DNA from: the human T2T-CHM13v2.0 reference genome, Homo sapiens
Assembly: GCF_009914755.1 (NCBI RefSeq)
Contig: NC_060946.1
Length of the DNA stretch: 64,000 nucleotides
Direction: 5' to 3' (one strand)
Of the stretch, positions 20,612-39,580 are shown in pieces. Positions within the stretch are counted from its first letter, which is position 1. Each line of letters starts with the position of its first letter. Made by a program: the position numbers and the translations under genes. Under the pieces are notes generated by a model that did not search any database, was not told where the DNA came from, and was given only the letters and a program-made list of their open reading frames with translations.

Positions 20612-20907
20612 TCACTCACATGCCTGGCAAGCTGGGGCTAGCTGTTGATGGGAGGACTTAGGTTCTCCCCATGCAGGCCTCTCCATAGGGCTACTGAGTG
20701 TCCTCACAACATGGCAGCAGGCTTCCGCTAGAATGAGTAATTTAAGAGAGCAAGGCAGAAGCAACAATGGTTTTTATGAGCTGCCCTCAGAAATCACTCT
20801 TTGAAATGAATCACTAAGTCCAGCCTACTTTCAAGGGGAAGGGATGAGTCTCCACCTTCTGAAAGGAGAGATGTCAAGGAACTTGCAGGCATATCTTAAA
20901 ACCATCA

Positions 20908-21045
<138 letters not shown>

Positions 21046-21427
21046 TTAGCCAGGTGTGGTGACATGCACCTGTTGTCTCAGCTACTGGGGAGGCTGAGAT
21101 GGGAGGATCTCAGCCACAAGTTCAAGGCTGCCATGAGCTATGATCACGTCACTGCACTCCAGCCTGGGCAACAGAGTGAGACCCTGTCTCTAAAAAAAAT
21201 AATAATAATAATAACCATCAGATCATTTCTCACTACAAGGGAGTCAGGGAAAACAACAGAGAACAGGATTGTCATGACTAGCCTAGACCAATCACAGTTC
21301 GCCAACTAGGACACACTGCCACCACAGACAGAAATCAGGGCTCAGTTATCAAGGAAGTAGAAGGAAGGTTAATGGGGAGGCAGTCAAGAGTATCTGCCAC
21401 AGCCAGGATGATGCAGGAGGAAGAAAA

Positions 21428-21548
21428 TAGGGTTGCTCGATAAATGTATATCCTGATATTCCGTGGGACATAAACTAAAACGTTGTTTATCTGAACTCAA
21501 ATTCAACTGGGTGTCCTACATTTATATTGGCTCAATTTAGTATCCCTA
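21428..21548. mobile_element. MER53-like hAT fossil
   Basis: TAGGGTTGC...ATCCCTA ends; internal TGTTTATCTGAACTCAAATTCAACTGGGTGTCCT. Confidence 0.6.
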
Positions 21549-21566
21549 AGTGAGAAACAAGCTTCA

Positions 21567-22502
<936 letters not shown>

Positions 22503-23875
22503 TGATCTTCCTACCTCAGCCTCCTGAGTAGCCAGGACCATGGGCACGCACTACCATGCCCAGCTAATGTTTACAAAATTTTTGTAGAGACGGGGTCTCC
22601 CTATGTTGCCCAAGCTGGTATGTTCACTCTTCATCTCAAAACATAGCCAGGAAGCTCTAGCCAGGAGCACTTCTCTTTCCAACACCCTGAAAAACAGCTC
22701 ATAAAGCTGAAATGGGGGCTGAGGGGCGTGCCACAAGATACATCCCAGGGGTATGGGAACTGGGAGCCTCACTGCGTGACCTCAGGCAAGGCCCTCCCCT
22801 CTCTGGGCCTCCTTTTCCTTGGCTGTATAATGAGGGATTGATCTAAATTGTCTCCCAGGGCCCTTTTACTTGGACCATGTGTCTCCCTCCCAAAAGGAAA
22901 AACTAGAGGGAACCAAAAGATGTGGGTGGTTTCCCTTGTTCCATCTCCAAGCCCCAAATTTGGATGAAAATGTCCAGTGTGACATAGATTTAATATAAAC
23001 ACTGGTGCATTAACACTCACAAATACCCCAAAAGGAGTCCCAGATGGGCTATTTTTATCCCTTAAAACACACACACACAGAAACACACAACACTCCAATC
23101 CCCATCACCCGCACTTGGTCAGTATCTCCAGTTGGTTTTTACGAGAAGAGAGAGTTCCAGTTAAAGGGAGCTAATTAAACAGCTTTGACTTGGGGCGGGA
23201 AAGAGGCTGTCGAAAGCCTCCTCGCTGGGCATGATGTCACCACAATTGTGCGTTTCTCATGACCCAAGAATGTGAATGTGTTTGCACTGCACGTCGGAGC
23301 CAGAGCCGGTGATGCAAGCACAGCCTGGTAAACAGGCCCCAGACAGGCAGGCCCTGTGAGGAGCCGTGGTGCAGAGGCCTGGCAGGGGCCCAGCTAGTGT
23401 TTAACTCCTTCCTGGCAGAACTGGCTGCTGGGCCGCTAAGGTTTGGTCAAGGAGCCTTCTCCACCCGTCCCTGCTTCTCTCTGAGGCACAGTCCCTGTTA
23501 GTGGCAAGCCCTCAATCTGGAGCCACAGTAGACCTGCATTCCCACCCACCTGCAGGTTTTGCTCGCTCAGGAGCCTTGGGTAGGTGACTCTCTGGTCCCG
23601 AGTCTCAGTTTTCTTATCTGTACAATGGGAAGAGGAATCAGGCCCTCAATCTCATACCTACAGCTCCAAGTTCAGAAAATTCAGACAGCCAGAGGCTTTT
23701 CTGCACACTTAGTGAAAACTCATTCAGGAGCAATATCTGACCTGGATTGACTGAGGGTGTGCAATCTGTTCATTTCACTTAGAGTCAATACTCACACTTC
23801 TAGCTACAGAAATATTCGTATGTTTCATTGGAGATGGATGGATCCAGACCCCACTGGATTACCTTTTAAAATCTA

Positions 23876-24067
<192 letters not shown>

Positions 24068-24975
24068 CTATCCAGCCACAAGTGTGTTGATCAGGTCTTA
24101 TGGGCCTGAGGCACCTGCCTCTAGCCTGTTGGGAAACTTACTGAGCGACTGCCTTCTGCTAGAATGTCAGCCCCCAAGGACAGGGCTTAACTCTGTCCCC
24201 GATGTGTCTGCAGCAGCCAGTGCAGTACCTGGCATGTAGCAAGCACCCAAACAATAGTTCTTGAATCTTTAGCTGAAGTTATTCATCCCCCATACATGCC
24301 ATGGTGGTGAATATGGGAAACTGAGGCCCAAGCCTCTGAGCTGGTCTGCCCTAGATCTTTTCCCACAGATGATGTTCTGACTTTCCCCCCAAAAAGGTAG
24401 CTGTTCACCTTTCTCTGCCAGCAGCTCACAAACAGCTTGATGACCCCCCTCCAACATTCCAGGGCAGCTGGCTGGTTTTGCGGGCACCAAAGAGTTTTCT
24501 TTGGCTAAAGGTTCAGCCGATTAAAAAAGGGGGCCCCCATGCATTAAAGCTGGGGGTGGGGAACGGGCAGTCACAGAGTAGAGTAGGGGCTGAAGGTGTC
24601 ATTAAAGCTCGGGTCGGGGGAGTGGAAATGGAATCTGCTAGCTGGCCTGAGACTAAAAGCCAGATCCCTGGATCCTTCCAGAGGACTATGAATGTGCTAG
24701 TCAGGCTCTGCCTTAATCCTAAAGCTGGAGAATTATCCAGACCCATGAAGAGCTGCCAGGAAGAAAAAATTCCTCCCCAGTGTGGTCTGCCCTACCCCCA
24801 CCTTCCATGGGGCCCTGAGAAACTCCCTTTTCCTCTCTTGGCTTCAACATAATGGAGTTGGAGAATCTAAGACAGTGGATCAGAGCTCCTGAGATCATGG
24901 ACTTAGACTCAGGTTCAGGCCCAGACTCTTCCTCTTGCTGGGCAAGGAGCTAGGGCAAGTCAATTTCAAGCCTTA

Positions 24976-25440
<465 letters not shown>

Positions 25441-26176
25441 TCATTGTTGGAGCACTCACTATGTTCCAGGTACTACGCTAAGTGCTTCACAAGCATTCTT
25501 TCATTTCATCCTCCCAACATCTCTCAAATAGGTACTAGCACTGTCCTCACTATTCAGGGGAGAAGTCTGCGGTTCAGAGGGGTGAAGTGATTCCTCTAAG
25601 ACTGCATAACTTGTAAGTGGCAGAGCTAGGACCTGTCAGACTCTAAGCGCTTCATACCACACCTACAGGAAATATCTAGCAGCCAGTTCCATGCTCAGTT
25701 TCTTGAAGCATGAGATTCCAGGCCCCTAATATGGCATGTGACTGTGGGCAGTACAGAGGCCTCAATTCTCCCATCTGAACCATGGGGAAGGTCCCCCCGC
25801 CCTGAATCCCCTACAGGGCTGAGAGGAGGGCTCTGGAAACCTTGAAAAGGACTTTGTAGACTCTGAGCTGGGCACCCTCAAAGGCTTGGTTAGGAGGGAG
25901 ACAAGAGAAAGAATTAATCCACTTCCCACCAAGGAAGCCAAGAGCTGAAGGAGAAATGGTCCGTGTCCTCCTCCAGGGCCTGCCCCTCAGCATGGTTCCT
26001 CCCTTTGTTAGGAGGGTTAAGAACTTGGCCAAGTCTCAGCTCCACTCATCTCTGGCTGTATGTTCTTTGTACTTCCCCTCTCTGAGTGTCGGGCTTCTCA
26101 ACTGTGAAATGGGGGTGATAATGATAACAGCCTTACCAGGACTGTAGTAAGGACAAGCCTTGGCCCATTGGTTCAT

Positions 26177-26515
26177 TGTCTTAGTCTGCTCCTGTTGTTA
26201 TAACAAAATACCTCAGACTCAGTAATATATAAACAACAGAAATATGTTGCTCATAGTTCTAGAGGCTGAGAAATCCAAGAACAAGGTGTCAGTAGATTGG
26301 GTGTCAATGAGGGCCTGTTCCTCATAGATGACGTCTTCTATGTCTTTACATGGTAGAAGGGGTGAACAAACTCCCTCAGGCTTCTTTTATAAGGGCACTA
26401 ATCCCATTTATAAGGATGGAGCTTCATGAAGTGATCGCCCCCAAAAGTCCCACCTCTTAATACTACCACATTGCAGATTACGTTTCAATATATAAATTGG
26501 AGGAGACACATTGAG
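26177..26515 (-). mobile_element. MLT1A/MST-type (MaLR) LTR
   Basis: TGTCTTAGTCTG...ATAACAAAATACC...CTCATAGTTCTAGAGGCTGAGAAATCCAAG...TAAGGGCACTAATCCCATT signature. Confidence 0.8.
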
Positions 26516-26538
26516 ACACATGGATATTGGTTGAATAA

Positions 26539-26853
<315 letters not shown>

Positions 26854-27521
26854 TAATTATCTTTTGACACCTGGTCTGCAATTCTCATGGAGTTTCCGGT
26901 CTGGAAGAAGAGTCTGTATGTAATGTGTTTGGCACAGGTAGGTGCCCAATGGGTGGGTAGATGGATGGATGGATGGATGGGTGGATGGATGAGATGAGTG
27001 ACTTACTGCAGGTCTCACAGTTATAAAGTAACTCTTCCTGATAGCTCACACTGGCCACCAAAGACACATTAAGCACTGATTAGAGAGGTACTCCATGGAC
27101 CAAATTACTTGAGCAAAGTCTTAGAATTAGGAATTATTGCAGCATGGATAAGAGGCATTCATTTTATGTTCTCTTTTAGTATTTTTCCCAACAAGATCCT
27201 GAGAAGGAGGATCTGGATGGAGGTTCTGCCAGAGCCCCCTGGAGCAGAGCCAGGAAGTTGAGTAGGGAGTAGCGCCCCACAGCCCATATGAGCAGGCAGG
27301 AGCAGGCCAAGCCTGAGGGTCGGGCCTCAGAGGCCTGGCCTGGCCGTATTTAGTTTTCAAGGCACTGGAAGGCTTCTCACCTCCTCTGCTGTCCAGGCAC
27401 AGAAGCAAGGCCACCCACAGTTGCTGAGTCAGGGAGGCCCCTAGGGCAGGAACAGAGGCCCCACAGTGGGGTAACTTGAACACAGTGGTTCAGAGCCTGG
27501 TCTCTGTCAAGAAGATATGGT

Positions 27522-27818
27522 GCTGGGAACAGTGGTGTGTCCCTGTGGTTCGCGCTCCTCGGAAGGCTGAGGCAGGAGGATAAGCCTAGGGATTCTTGAG
27601 CCCAAGAGTTCTAGGCTGTAGTGTACTATATTGATCGAGTGTCTGTGCTAAGTTCAGCTTCAATATGGTGACCTCCTGTAAGCAGGGGTGTCTAAGGAGG
27701 GGTGAACAGGCCCAAGATGAAAATGGAGCAGGTCAAAACTGTGCTGATCAGTGGTGGGATTGTGACTGTGAATAGCCACTGCATTCCACCCTAGACAACA
27801 TAGTGAGACTCTGTCTCT
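27522..27818 (+). pseudogene. Full-length processed 7SL (SRP RNA) pseudogene
   Basis: Contains the 7SL S-domain that Alus lack (CTAAGTTCAGCTTCAATATGGTGACCTCC, CTAAGGAGGGGTGAAC, GGAGCAGGTCAAAACT, GTGCTGATCAGT, GTGAATAGCCACTGCA) between Alu-domain ends; many substitutions and indels; A-rich tail. Probably one of the annotated RN7SL-P loci. Confidence 0.93.
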
Positions 27819-28010
27819 AAAAGTAAATAAATAGGCTGTGCGCAGTGGGCTCACGCCTGTAATCCCAGCACTTTAGGAGGCCAAGGCAGGCGGATCACTT
27901 GAGGTCAGGAGTTCAAGACCAGCCTGGCCGATATGGCGAAACCCTGTCTTTACTAAGAATATAAAAATTAGCTGGTCATGATGTCATGTGCCTGTGGTCC
28001 CAGCTACTCA

Positions 28011-28187
<177 letters not shown>

Positions 28188-28511
28188 TCAAATCCTGCTC
28201 AACAACCAATAGCTGTGTGCCTGGCCTACATATCACCTATCAGAGCCTTTGTTTTCTTTATTTGTAAAAACAACAACAAAAATGGCGGTAAAAACAAGCA
28301 CCATTACTGAGTTGGTTATGTACAAGCCTCTGCTAAGCACCTTACCTGCATTATCTTATTTAATTGTCATCACAATAAACAAGTATTATTATTGTCCTCC
28401 TGAAACAAAGTACATGAGAACGGTGTCTCTCATCCATGCTGCCGTAATTTCTAACCCAAGCCGCTGCTCATGCAGTCCCATCTACCTGGAGTGTATCTCT
28501 TTTTTTTTTGA

Positions 28512-28874
<363 letters not shown>

Positions 28875-29051
28875 TGAGGAAGCTGAGTCACACAGGGTGA
28901 GATCACATTCAAGTAAGAGACAGAGCTAGAGACCGGGTGCAGTGGCTCACACCTGTAATCCCAGCACTTTGGGAGGCTGAGGTGGGTGGATCACCTGAGC
29001 TCGCGAGTTCGAGACCAGCCTGATCAACATGGAGAAACCCTGTCTCTACTA

Positions 29052-29264
<213 letters not shown>

Positions 29265-29411
29265 TCAAAAAAAAAAAAAAAAAAGACAGAGCTAGGAAGT
29301 GCTTACAACTTCCTCACGCTTACCTACATTTCAATTTCTGTTATTGAATCTTTTCCCCCTCAGATATACCCTATCAGCTTCTATTTTTATTTTTATTTTT
29401 ATTTTTTGTGA

Positions 29412-29513
<102 letters not shown>

Positions 29514-29516
29514 TGA

Positions 29517-29810
<294 letters not shown>

Positions 29811-30974
29811 TAGATATCATCCCCATGTCACAGACGGGGAAACTGAGGCTCAGAGAAATGAAGCAAGTTGCTTGAGGCCTTGCAACCAGCAAGAGGAGAA
29901 ACCATAGGTGGACAACAGTGCTGTCTGACTCCCACCCCAGTGCTGTTTCCCCACCACAGCGAGCTGACCCTCGACCCCTCAACCTTCCCAGATGGGAGAC
30001 TTCACCTCAACTCTCACACCTACACAGGTGATTAGGATTAAAGAGAAAATCAACATGAGATCAATTTGAAAGGAAGGGCCCTGCAGGACTAATAGGGTAT
30101 TTTGCAAATAAGTAAAAAAATAAAAATAAAAAGTAAGCCTCCTTGAAAAATCGTAAAAGAACTGGGGGAATGAATAAGCTGTAACTGTTCTAAATCAGAT
30201 CGTATTCCTACAAGACACAGGAGACCAGAACAGCTCCCTACAGCCATTAGCTCATCTCACTCATTTACAAGGCTCTCTGCTGAGAGCCAAGAGGGGGCCC
30301 CACCCAGAGGAATCATTACCTGGCCAGCACTTCACTGGGATTTCATGTCCCAGTAAAGTTTTTTCCTAAATTGGGGTACACAATTGCCAACATCTTGTTA
30401 TTTGTCAAAGAATATTAAAAGGAAAAATAAATTGCTACTTTCTGCTGTTACCATCATCTCATAAAATTCAATAACAAGGACTAATCCCAGAATTTGGCAA
30501 TTTTAAAAATTACCTATGTAAGTGACTCACTATGTTGTCCTAGTTTTCTCACTAGCCTTGGGCCAGTGAGAACTGTATCTAAGATGGGCATTTGGCAACC
30601 CTCAGATGAGTAGGAGAGAGAAAACATGTATGCAAATAACTCAGAGTAGCTCATTGCAACTTGGGATGAGAACCACATAAAACTCTTCTAATTACTTAAT
30701 TTAAAAAAAAAGATTTATTGGAAGAGGGTTTTACCAGAAGGTTTTTTGGATTCTGAGGGTTATGTAGTGACTAGGGATCAACCAAACAACCACTCTTGGC
30801 AAGGACAGAAAACTTCAAGAACAGGTGGAATCAGCCCATTTGCATGCACTCTCTCTCTCTCTTCTCTCTCTCTCTCTCCTCATTCTGTGTCTCTGCTTCT
30901 CTCTCTGCCTTAGCTGTCTTCTCACTCTAGTTACAGACAGGGTTCCTCCATGTGGCAGAGAACATGGTGGCTAA

Positions 30975-31548
30975 TGTTACCAGAAAAACTCTGAACTAGG
31001 TACGGTGGCACGAGCCTGTAGTCCCAGCTACTTGGGAGGCTGAGGTGGGAGGATCGCTTGAGCCCAGGAGTTTGAGTCCAGTCTGGGCAACATAGCGAGT
31101 CCCTACCTCTAATTGGCGGTGGAGGGGGGGGCACTTTAGGCAAATTAAATTTAACAAAGTGTAACTGCAGAAAGAGCAATTCACAAATCCAGAGCCTTGC
31201 AGAACCAGGATAGGTTCACAGCAACTCAGAGACTGCCACAAGGGTCAGATTACATTTATGGACAGAAAAAGGAAAGTTACATACAGAAAACAGAAGTGGG
31301 GTACAGAAACAGCTAGATTGGTTACGGTTGGCATTATTGGTACACTGTTTGAACTGTGGTCGGCCTGCAATTGGCTGAAACTCAGCAGCTGTGACTGGAT
31401 GAGACCTAGCCACTTGTTACAAGAGTACCTTACGGTCTGTTTACATACCTAATTAGATTACAGTTCACAATGTATGGAGAAACCTTTAGACCCAAATTAA
31501 TATACAACAGGTAAGGAAGAAGCTTTAGGTTAAACTTAACTCAGTTTC
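30975..31548 (-). mobile_element. MER57-like ERV1 LTR interrupted by a FLAM/Alu monomer (~30997-31110) and nested in an older MLT-type LTR
   Basis: ATTTATGGACAGAAAAAGGAAAGT...GATTGGTTAC...AGCTTTAGGTTAAACTTAA pattern; family assigned by recognition. Confidence 0.6.
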
Positions 31549-32244
31549 AGTGAGAAAGAAAAAAGAAAGCAACTGCCACAAAAACAGGGAAGGTGTCTGA
31601 TTGGCCCAGCTGGGTCAGATGTCTATCTCTGGACCAATCAGCTGTGGGGTCTGTAACAACATGGCAGCTCCCATGAGAACGGCATGGTTGGAGTCAGAAG
31701 AGGAAGAAGCAGAACTGGGCAGGTGAGCTGGGAAGAGAATACCATAGATGTCCACTATGGAGATGATAAATGCCCTAATAGATGCGCACAAAAAATGTCA
31801 TGGGCATTTAGGGGATGAAGACACAATTTCTAGCTGTGCAACTGTGGTGATCAGTCAGAGCTTCTTGGAAGAGGTGGCATTCGAGCTGGGTCTTGAAGCC
31901 GAGAATCATCTGGAACGTACAGAGATTCTAAATGCCACCTCACATTAGAAAAGAAAGATGATCCCTGGTAATGGAGAAGATAGCATCCGAAAGAATTAAA
32001 TATGAATGTCTCACTTTGTCAAGATTTCATAGGTTTTTTATTTTTACAGATGGTGTGTCTCGCTCTCCCTCCCAGACTGGAGTGCAGTGCGATCATAGCT
32101 CATTGCAGCCTTGAACTCCTGGGCTCAAGCGGCCCTCCAGCCCCAGCCTCCAGAGTAGCTGGGACTACAGGTGCACACCACCACACCTAGCTATAGTTTT
32201 CAAAATTTAGATATAATTCATATATAAATTATATTTTATAGTTA

Positions 32245-33236
<992 letters not shown>

Positions 33237-34076
33237 TAAATGTCAACTCTTTACCCATTATGTGCCAGTCCCTGTGGGGTGTGCCAAGCAGAAAAAGCAC
33301 TGATCTAAGATGTGTGGCTCAGTTATGTGTAGATCCATGACCTTGCTGGGCTTTAGGATCCTTATCTATAAAATGGATATCATTATATCTTACCAGTAAG
33401 AACTGCTGAGGATAAAGGCAGACCGTACTTGTGAACGTGTTCTGTAATACAAACTAGGGTTGTTCATTCTCCTTCTGCAGTGCTCAGCTCTGGCCTCTCC
33501 TCTCCTGTTTGCATTTCCCTTTTCCTTCCTGCCTGTGTTCAGGCCTGCAGACTTCTGTCTGTCCTCCCTGGTCTAACTCCCTTATCCTACTTGCCAAGCC
33601 TTACTGTGATGTCATTTAATAAATTTTGGAGACACAAGGAGCGCCTCATAGAGATGGACAATTTCCTTCAGTAGTCTCCTGCTGTTTTTAGAGTTGCCTC
33701 CAGGTGCCTGGGCCTGTGGGTGTTGGGCAGGAGAACCTTCCTCCTATGGCAGAAATAAGTGGGAGAAGTAGGGATTGCCTTCCTCCAATAATAATGCTTT
33801 GGCCCTAAAAAGGAAACTCTTGAACCCCATAGAATATTTTATTTTATTTTTTTTTTTTTTTGAGACAGAGTCTCGCTCTGTCGCCCAGGCTGGAGTACAG
33901 TTGCACGATCTTGGCTCACGCAACCTCTACCTCCCAGATTCAAGCAATTCTTGTGCCTCAGCCTCCCAAGTAGCTGGGACTACAGTGATGCACCACCACG
34001 CCTGGCTAATTTTTGTATCTTTAGTAGAGATGGGGTTTCACTGTGTTACCATGCTGGTGTCGAACTCCTGGCTTCA

Positions 34077-34391
<315 letters not shown>

Positions 34392-34742
34392 TGATCCTCC
34401 CAACTCAGTTTCCTGAGTAGCTGGGACTGCAGGTGTACGCCACCATGCCTGGCTAACTTTTGTATTTTTTTGTAAAGACAGAGTTTTGCCATGTTGCCGA
34501 GGCCGCTCTCGAACTCCTAAGCTCAAGCAATCCACCCACCTCGTCCTGCCAAAGAGCTGGGATTACAGGTGTGAGCCACCACACCTGGCCTGCAATTTTA
34601 ATCTAAGGCAGGATTTACTTATTTATTTAGAGACAGAGTCTGTCTCTGTTGCCCAGGCTGGAGTGCAGTGGTGTGATCATGACTCACTGCAAGCTTAAAC
34701 TCCTGGGCTAAAACAATCTTCCTACTTCAGCCTCTTGAGTAG

Positions 34743-34987
<245 letters not shown>

Positions 34988-35109
34988 TGATCTTGATCTC
35001 TTGACCTCGTGATCCTCCCCCTTAGGCCTCCCAAAGTGCTGGGATTACAGGCATAAGCCACCACGCCCGGCGCAACTGCTTCTTCTTCTTTTTTTTTTTT
35101 TTTTTTTGA

Positions 35110-35328
<219 letters not shown>

Positions 35329-35344
35329 TGATCCGCCTGCCTCA

Positions 35345-35542
<198 letters not shown>

Positions 35543-35629
35543 TTAAAAAATGTTTTGGCTGGGCACAGTGGCTCACATTTGTAATCCCAGCAGTTTGGGA
35601 GGCCGAGGCGGGTGGATCACCTGAAGTCA

Positions 35630-35836
<207 letters not shown>

Positions 35837-36732
35837 TCAAAAAAAAAAAAATGTTTTAAAGGGACCAAGTCCTTTTAGGGGAGCTTCTGATCATTTGAAT
35901 CTCCAATAACAGAAGAGGTTTTCAAATGTTACCCCGGGGATTCCTCATTGCCCGCTCCCAGTATTTTCCAAGAAAGACCTGAGGCTCCTTTCTGAGCTTC
36001 ATTCCCTTGTTCTCCTCCCAGCCCCTCAGCTGTCTTTTGTACCAATTAGGTAGTTATTAATTGCTCCCTAATTGCAAATTGGCTGCCTCCTTACTGGCTC
36101 CCACCCATGCTGGCTGGCTGACCAAGGGGTCACATGCATCCTTCAGGGAAAGGTGTTTTGTGAATCCAGTGGTTCATTTGTTCCACACGTGTGTTGAGCC
36201 CCTTCGTTGACGCCAGATCCTTTCTAGGTCCTGGGGACCGTGTTGAGCGAGACAAACCCAAGTCCCTGGCTTCTCAGAGCTCACAGTCTAGCAGGAGACA
36301 AACAACAAAAAAATTAATCATTTCCGATCGTCAGTGCTGTGATGGGGAGTAATTACAGTACAGAGTAATTTTGGGGAGCTTCAGATACGTGCTCTGGGAA
36401 GACCTTTCTAAGGAGGTGATGTGTGAGTTAAGATCTGAATGGTAATCTGGAGCCAGCCAGAGTGAAGATGTGGTTGAAGAGCACAGTCCCAGGGGAGAAG
36501 AAAGCAAAGGCAGAGGCCAGGGGAGAGAAAGCAGCATGGCCTCTCTCAGGGGCATTCATCTTATCTATGAAGCCCTAAGCGATTCAGAAGTCAAACATCA
36601 GGTTGGGGCTAGTTGTAAGGTTTAGGGCAAAACACCCCTCCTACTCCCTGTTGTTAGAAGACCGGAGGCGGGGTTTGCCCCCACCTGGCCCCGCTCCAGA
36701 AGGAGGGGTTATTATACGTCTGATTGAATCAG

Positions 36733-36820
36733 CTTCCAGGATCCTTATTGGTCCTTGGTGGTAATTAGGGCGCTCTCTTCCAGGATCCTTATTGGTCCTT
36801 GGTGGTAATTAGGCCACTCT
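36733..36820 (+). repeat. Two-copy 44-bp tandem duplication
   Basis: CTTCCAGGATCCTTATTGGTCCTTGGTGGTAATTAGG(G/C)C(G/A)CTCT x2, 2 mismatches. Confidence 0.95.
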
Positions 36821-38171
36821 CGCTTCAAAGTCCCAAATTCAGGCGCCCCGCTGGGGACTAGAGCGACCGTTCCCCACCTCACCCACCCCAAGCTCAGAGG
36901 TTGGAGAGAACTGCCTCCCCAAAGGAACCCAGACCCAGGCTTGAGACTTTGCAAAGAGACACAAGATGGGGATTGCCATGTGAAGTTTCCAGATTTTTTA
37001 AAATGTTAGAACGATGAATTCGAAAAGCTTTAAAACACTGCACAGGCCAAACAACAAGTCTATGGGCAAGACCTGGCCAGCTGGCCTGGGTGCGGTGGGG
37101 CTTGGTGAACGCCTAGAGGTAGGGACGAGGGAGAGAAGGAGTCAGGAAGGATGCTAACTGCATCCTGGATTCTGGGACACCCATGCCCTGGCAGAGATGT
37201 GCCCTAAGAGGAACGAACTCACGGCCACAGGCACAGATTGAGCACCTAACTGTGTGCATGGCTCTGTGCTAGGATGGGGGACACAAAACACTTCATAGGA
37301 CTGCACCCTCGCTCAGGGCTGGGTGGGCCGACCTCAGGAAACCTGGGTTCCAGCCCTGACTTGCTCTCCTATAATTGCTGTGTGAACTTGGGTTGATTCA
37401 TCATCTCTCTGGGATTCAGCACACAGCCTTTGTTGACATTAGATTAACTAAATCCAGTAAGGGAAGATTTTGAAGGGCCTCTGGGTGTCTGGATAGGGAA
37501 TCTGGGCTGGGTCTAATAGGAAGTAGGAACCACCCCAGGTTCTTGAGCAGGGGAGTGACATGTTGAAGAGGAAAGTGAAGCAGGCCACCTGTGCAGAGAC
37601 ACACATCATCCAGGTGTGGGGTAGTGAGGACAGCAACTGAAGCGTATGCAAATCAGATCTGATCACCTCTAGCTCAAAAACCTTCCATGGCTCCCTGCAG
37701 CCCTCACATGAAAGTCCTTTCCTCTTACTATGGGCCATGGGCAGGGCCAGCTTCACGTAATGAAGGGTCGGTGTAATGCTCTGCTGTCACTATCTTGAAA
37801 TACTTCAGAATTTTTGAACAAGGAGCTCCGTTTTCTCATTTTGCACCAGGCCCTGCAAATTGTGAAGGTTCCCACAGGGGCCTTTCAGTCTGGGCCTTTC
37901 CCCTCTCCCCATCCAAACCCCACTTCTCCCTTACCCTTCATACTTCACTCACGTTGGTCTTCCATCAGTTTCTGGAGATTGTTCCTGCCTCGGGACATTT
38001 GCGTAGTCTGTTCCCCTTGCCTGGAACACCCCCACCCCCACGTCGAGACCAACTTAGATTTTTGTTCAACAATTTCTTATCTTCCAGACTTGAGCATAAT
38101 TATCTCCTGAGAGATAACTCCTCTGACCTCCCAGAACTACCTGTTCAAAACAAAACTTTAAAAATTATTTA

Positions 38172-38507
<336 letters not shown>

Positions 38508-38875
38508 TCACTCCTGTAATCCCAATACTTTGGGAGGCAAGGCAGGAGTATTGCTGAGGCCAGGAATTCCAGACCAGTCTGGGCAACACAGCAAGATCCC
38601 ATCTGTACAAAAAATAAGAAAATTAGCCAGACATGGTAGTGTGTGCCTGTAGTCCCAGCTACTTTGGTGGCTGAGGCAGGAGGATTGTTTGCGCCCAGGA
38701 GTTCAAGGCTTCAGTGAGCCATGATTGCGCCACTGCACTCCTACCTGTGCAACAGAGCTAGACCCTGTCTCAAAAAAAAAAAAAGCAATAATGGAGGCAT
38801 TTCAGGCATCTGTCAGCAGCCATAGGTGTTCAGGGGCTTTGTGCTTATGAAGGTTTGTTCAGTAACAAATATTCA

Positions 38876-39151
<276 letters not shown>

Positions 39152-39163
39152 TTAAAAACTTAA

Positions 39164-39580
<417 letters not shown>

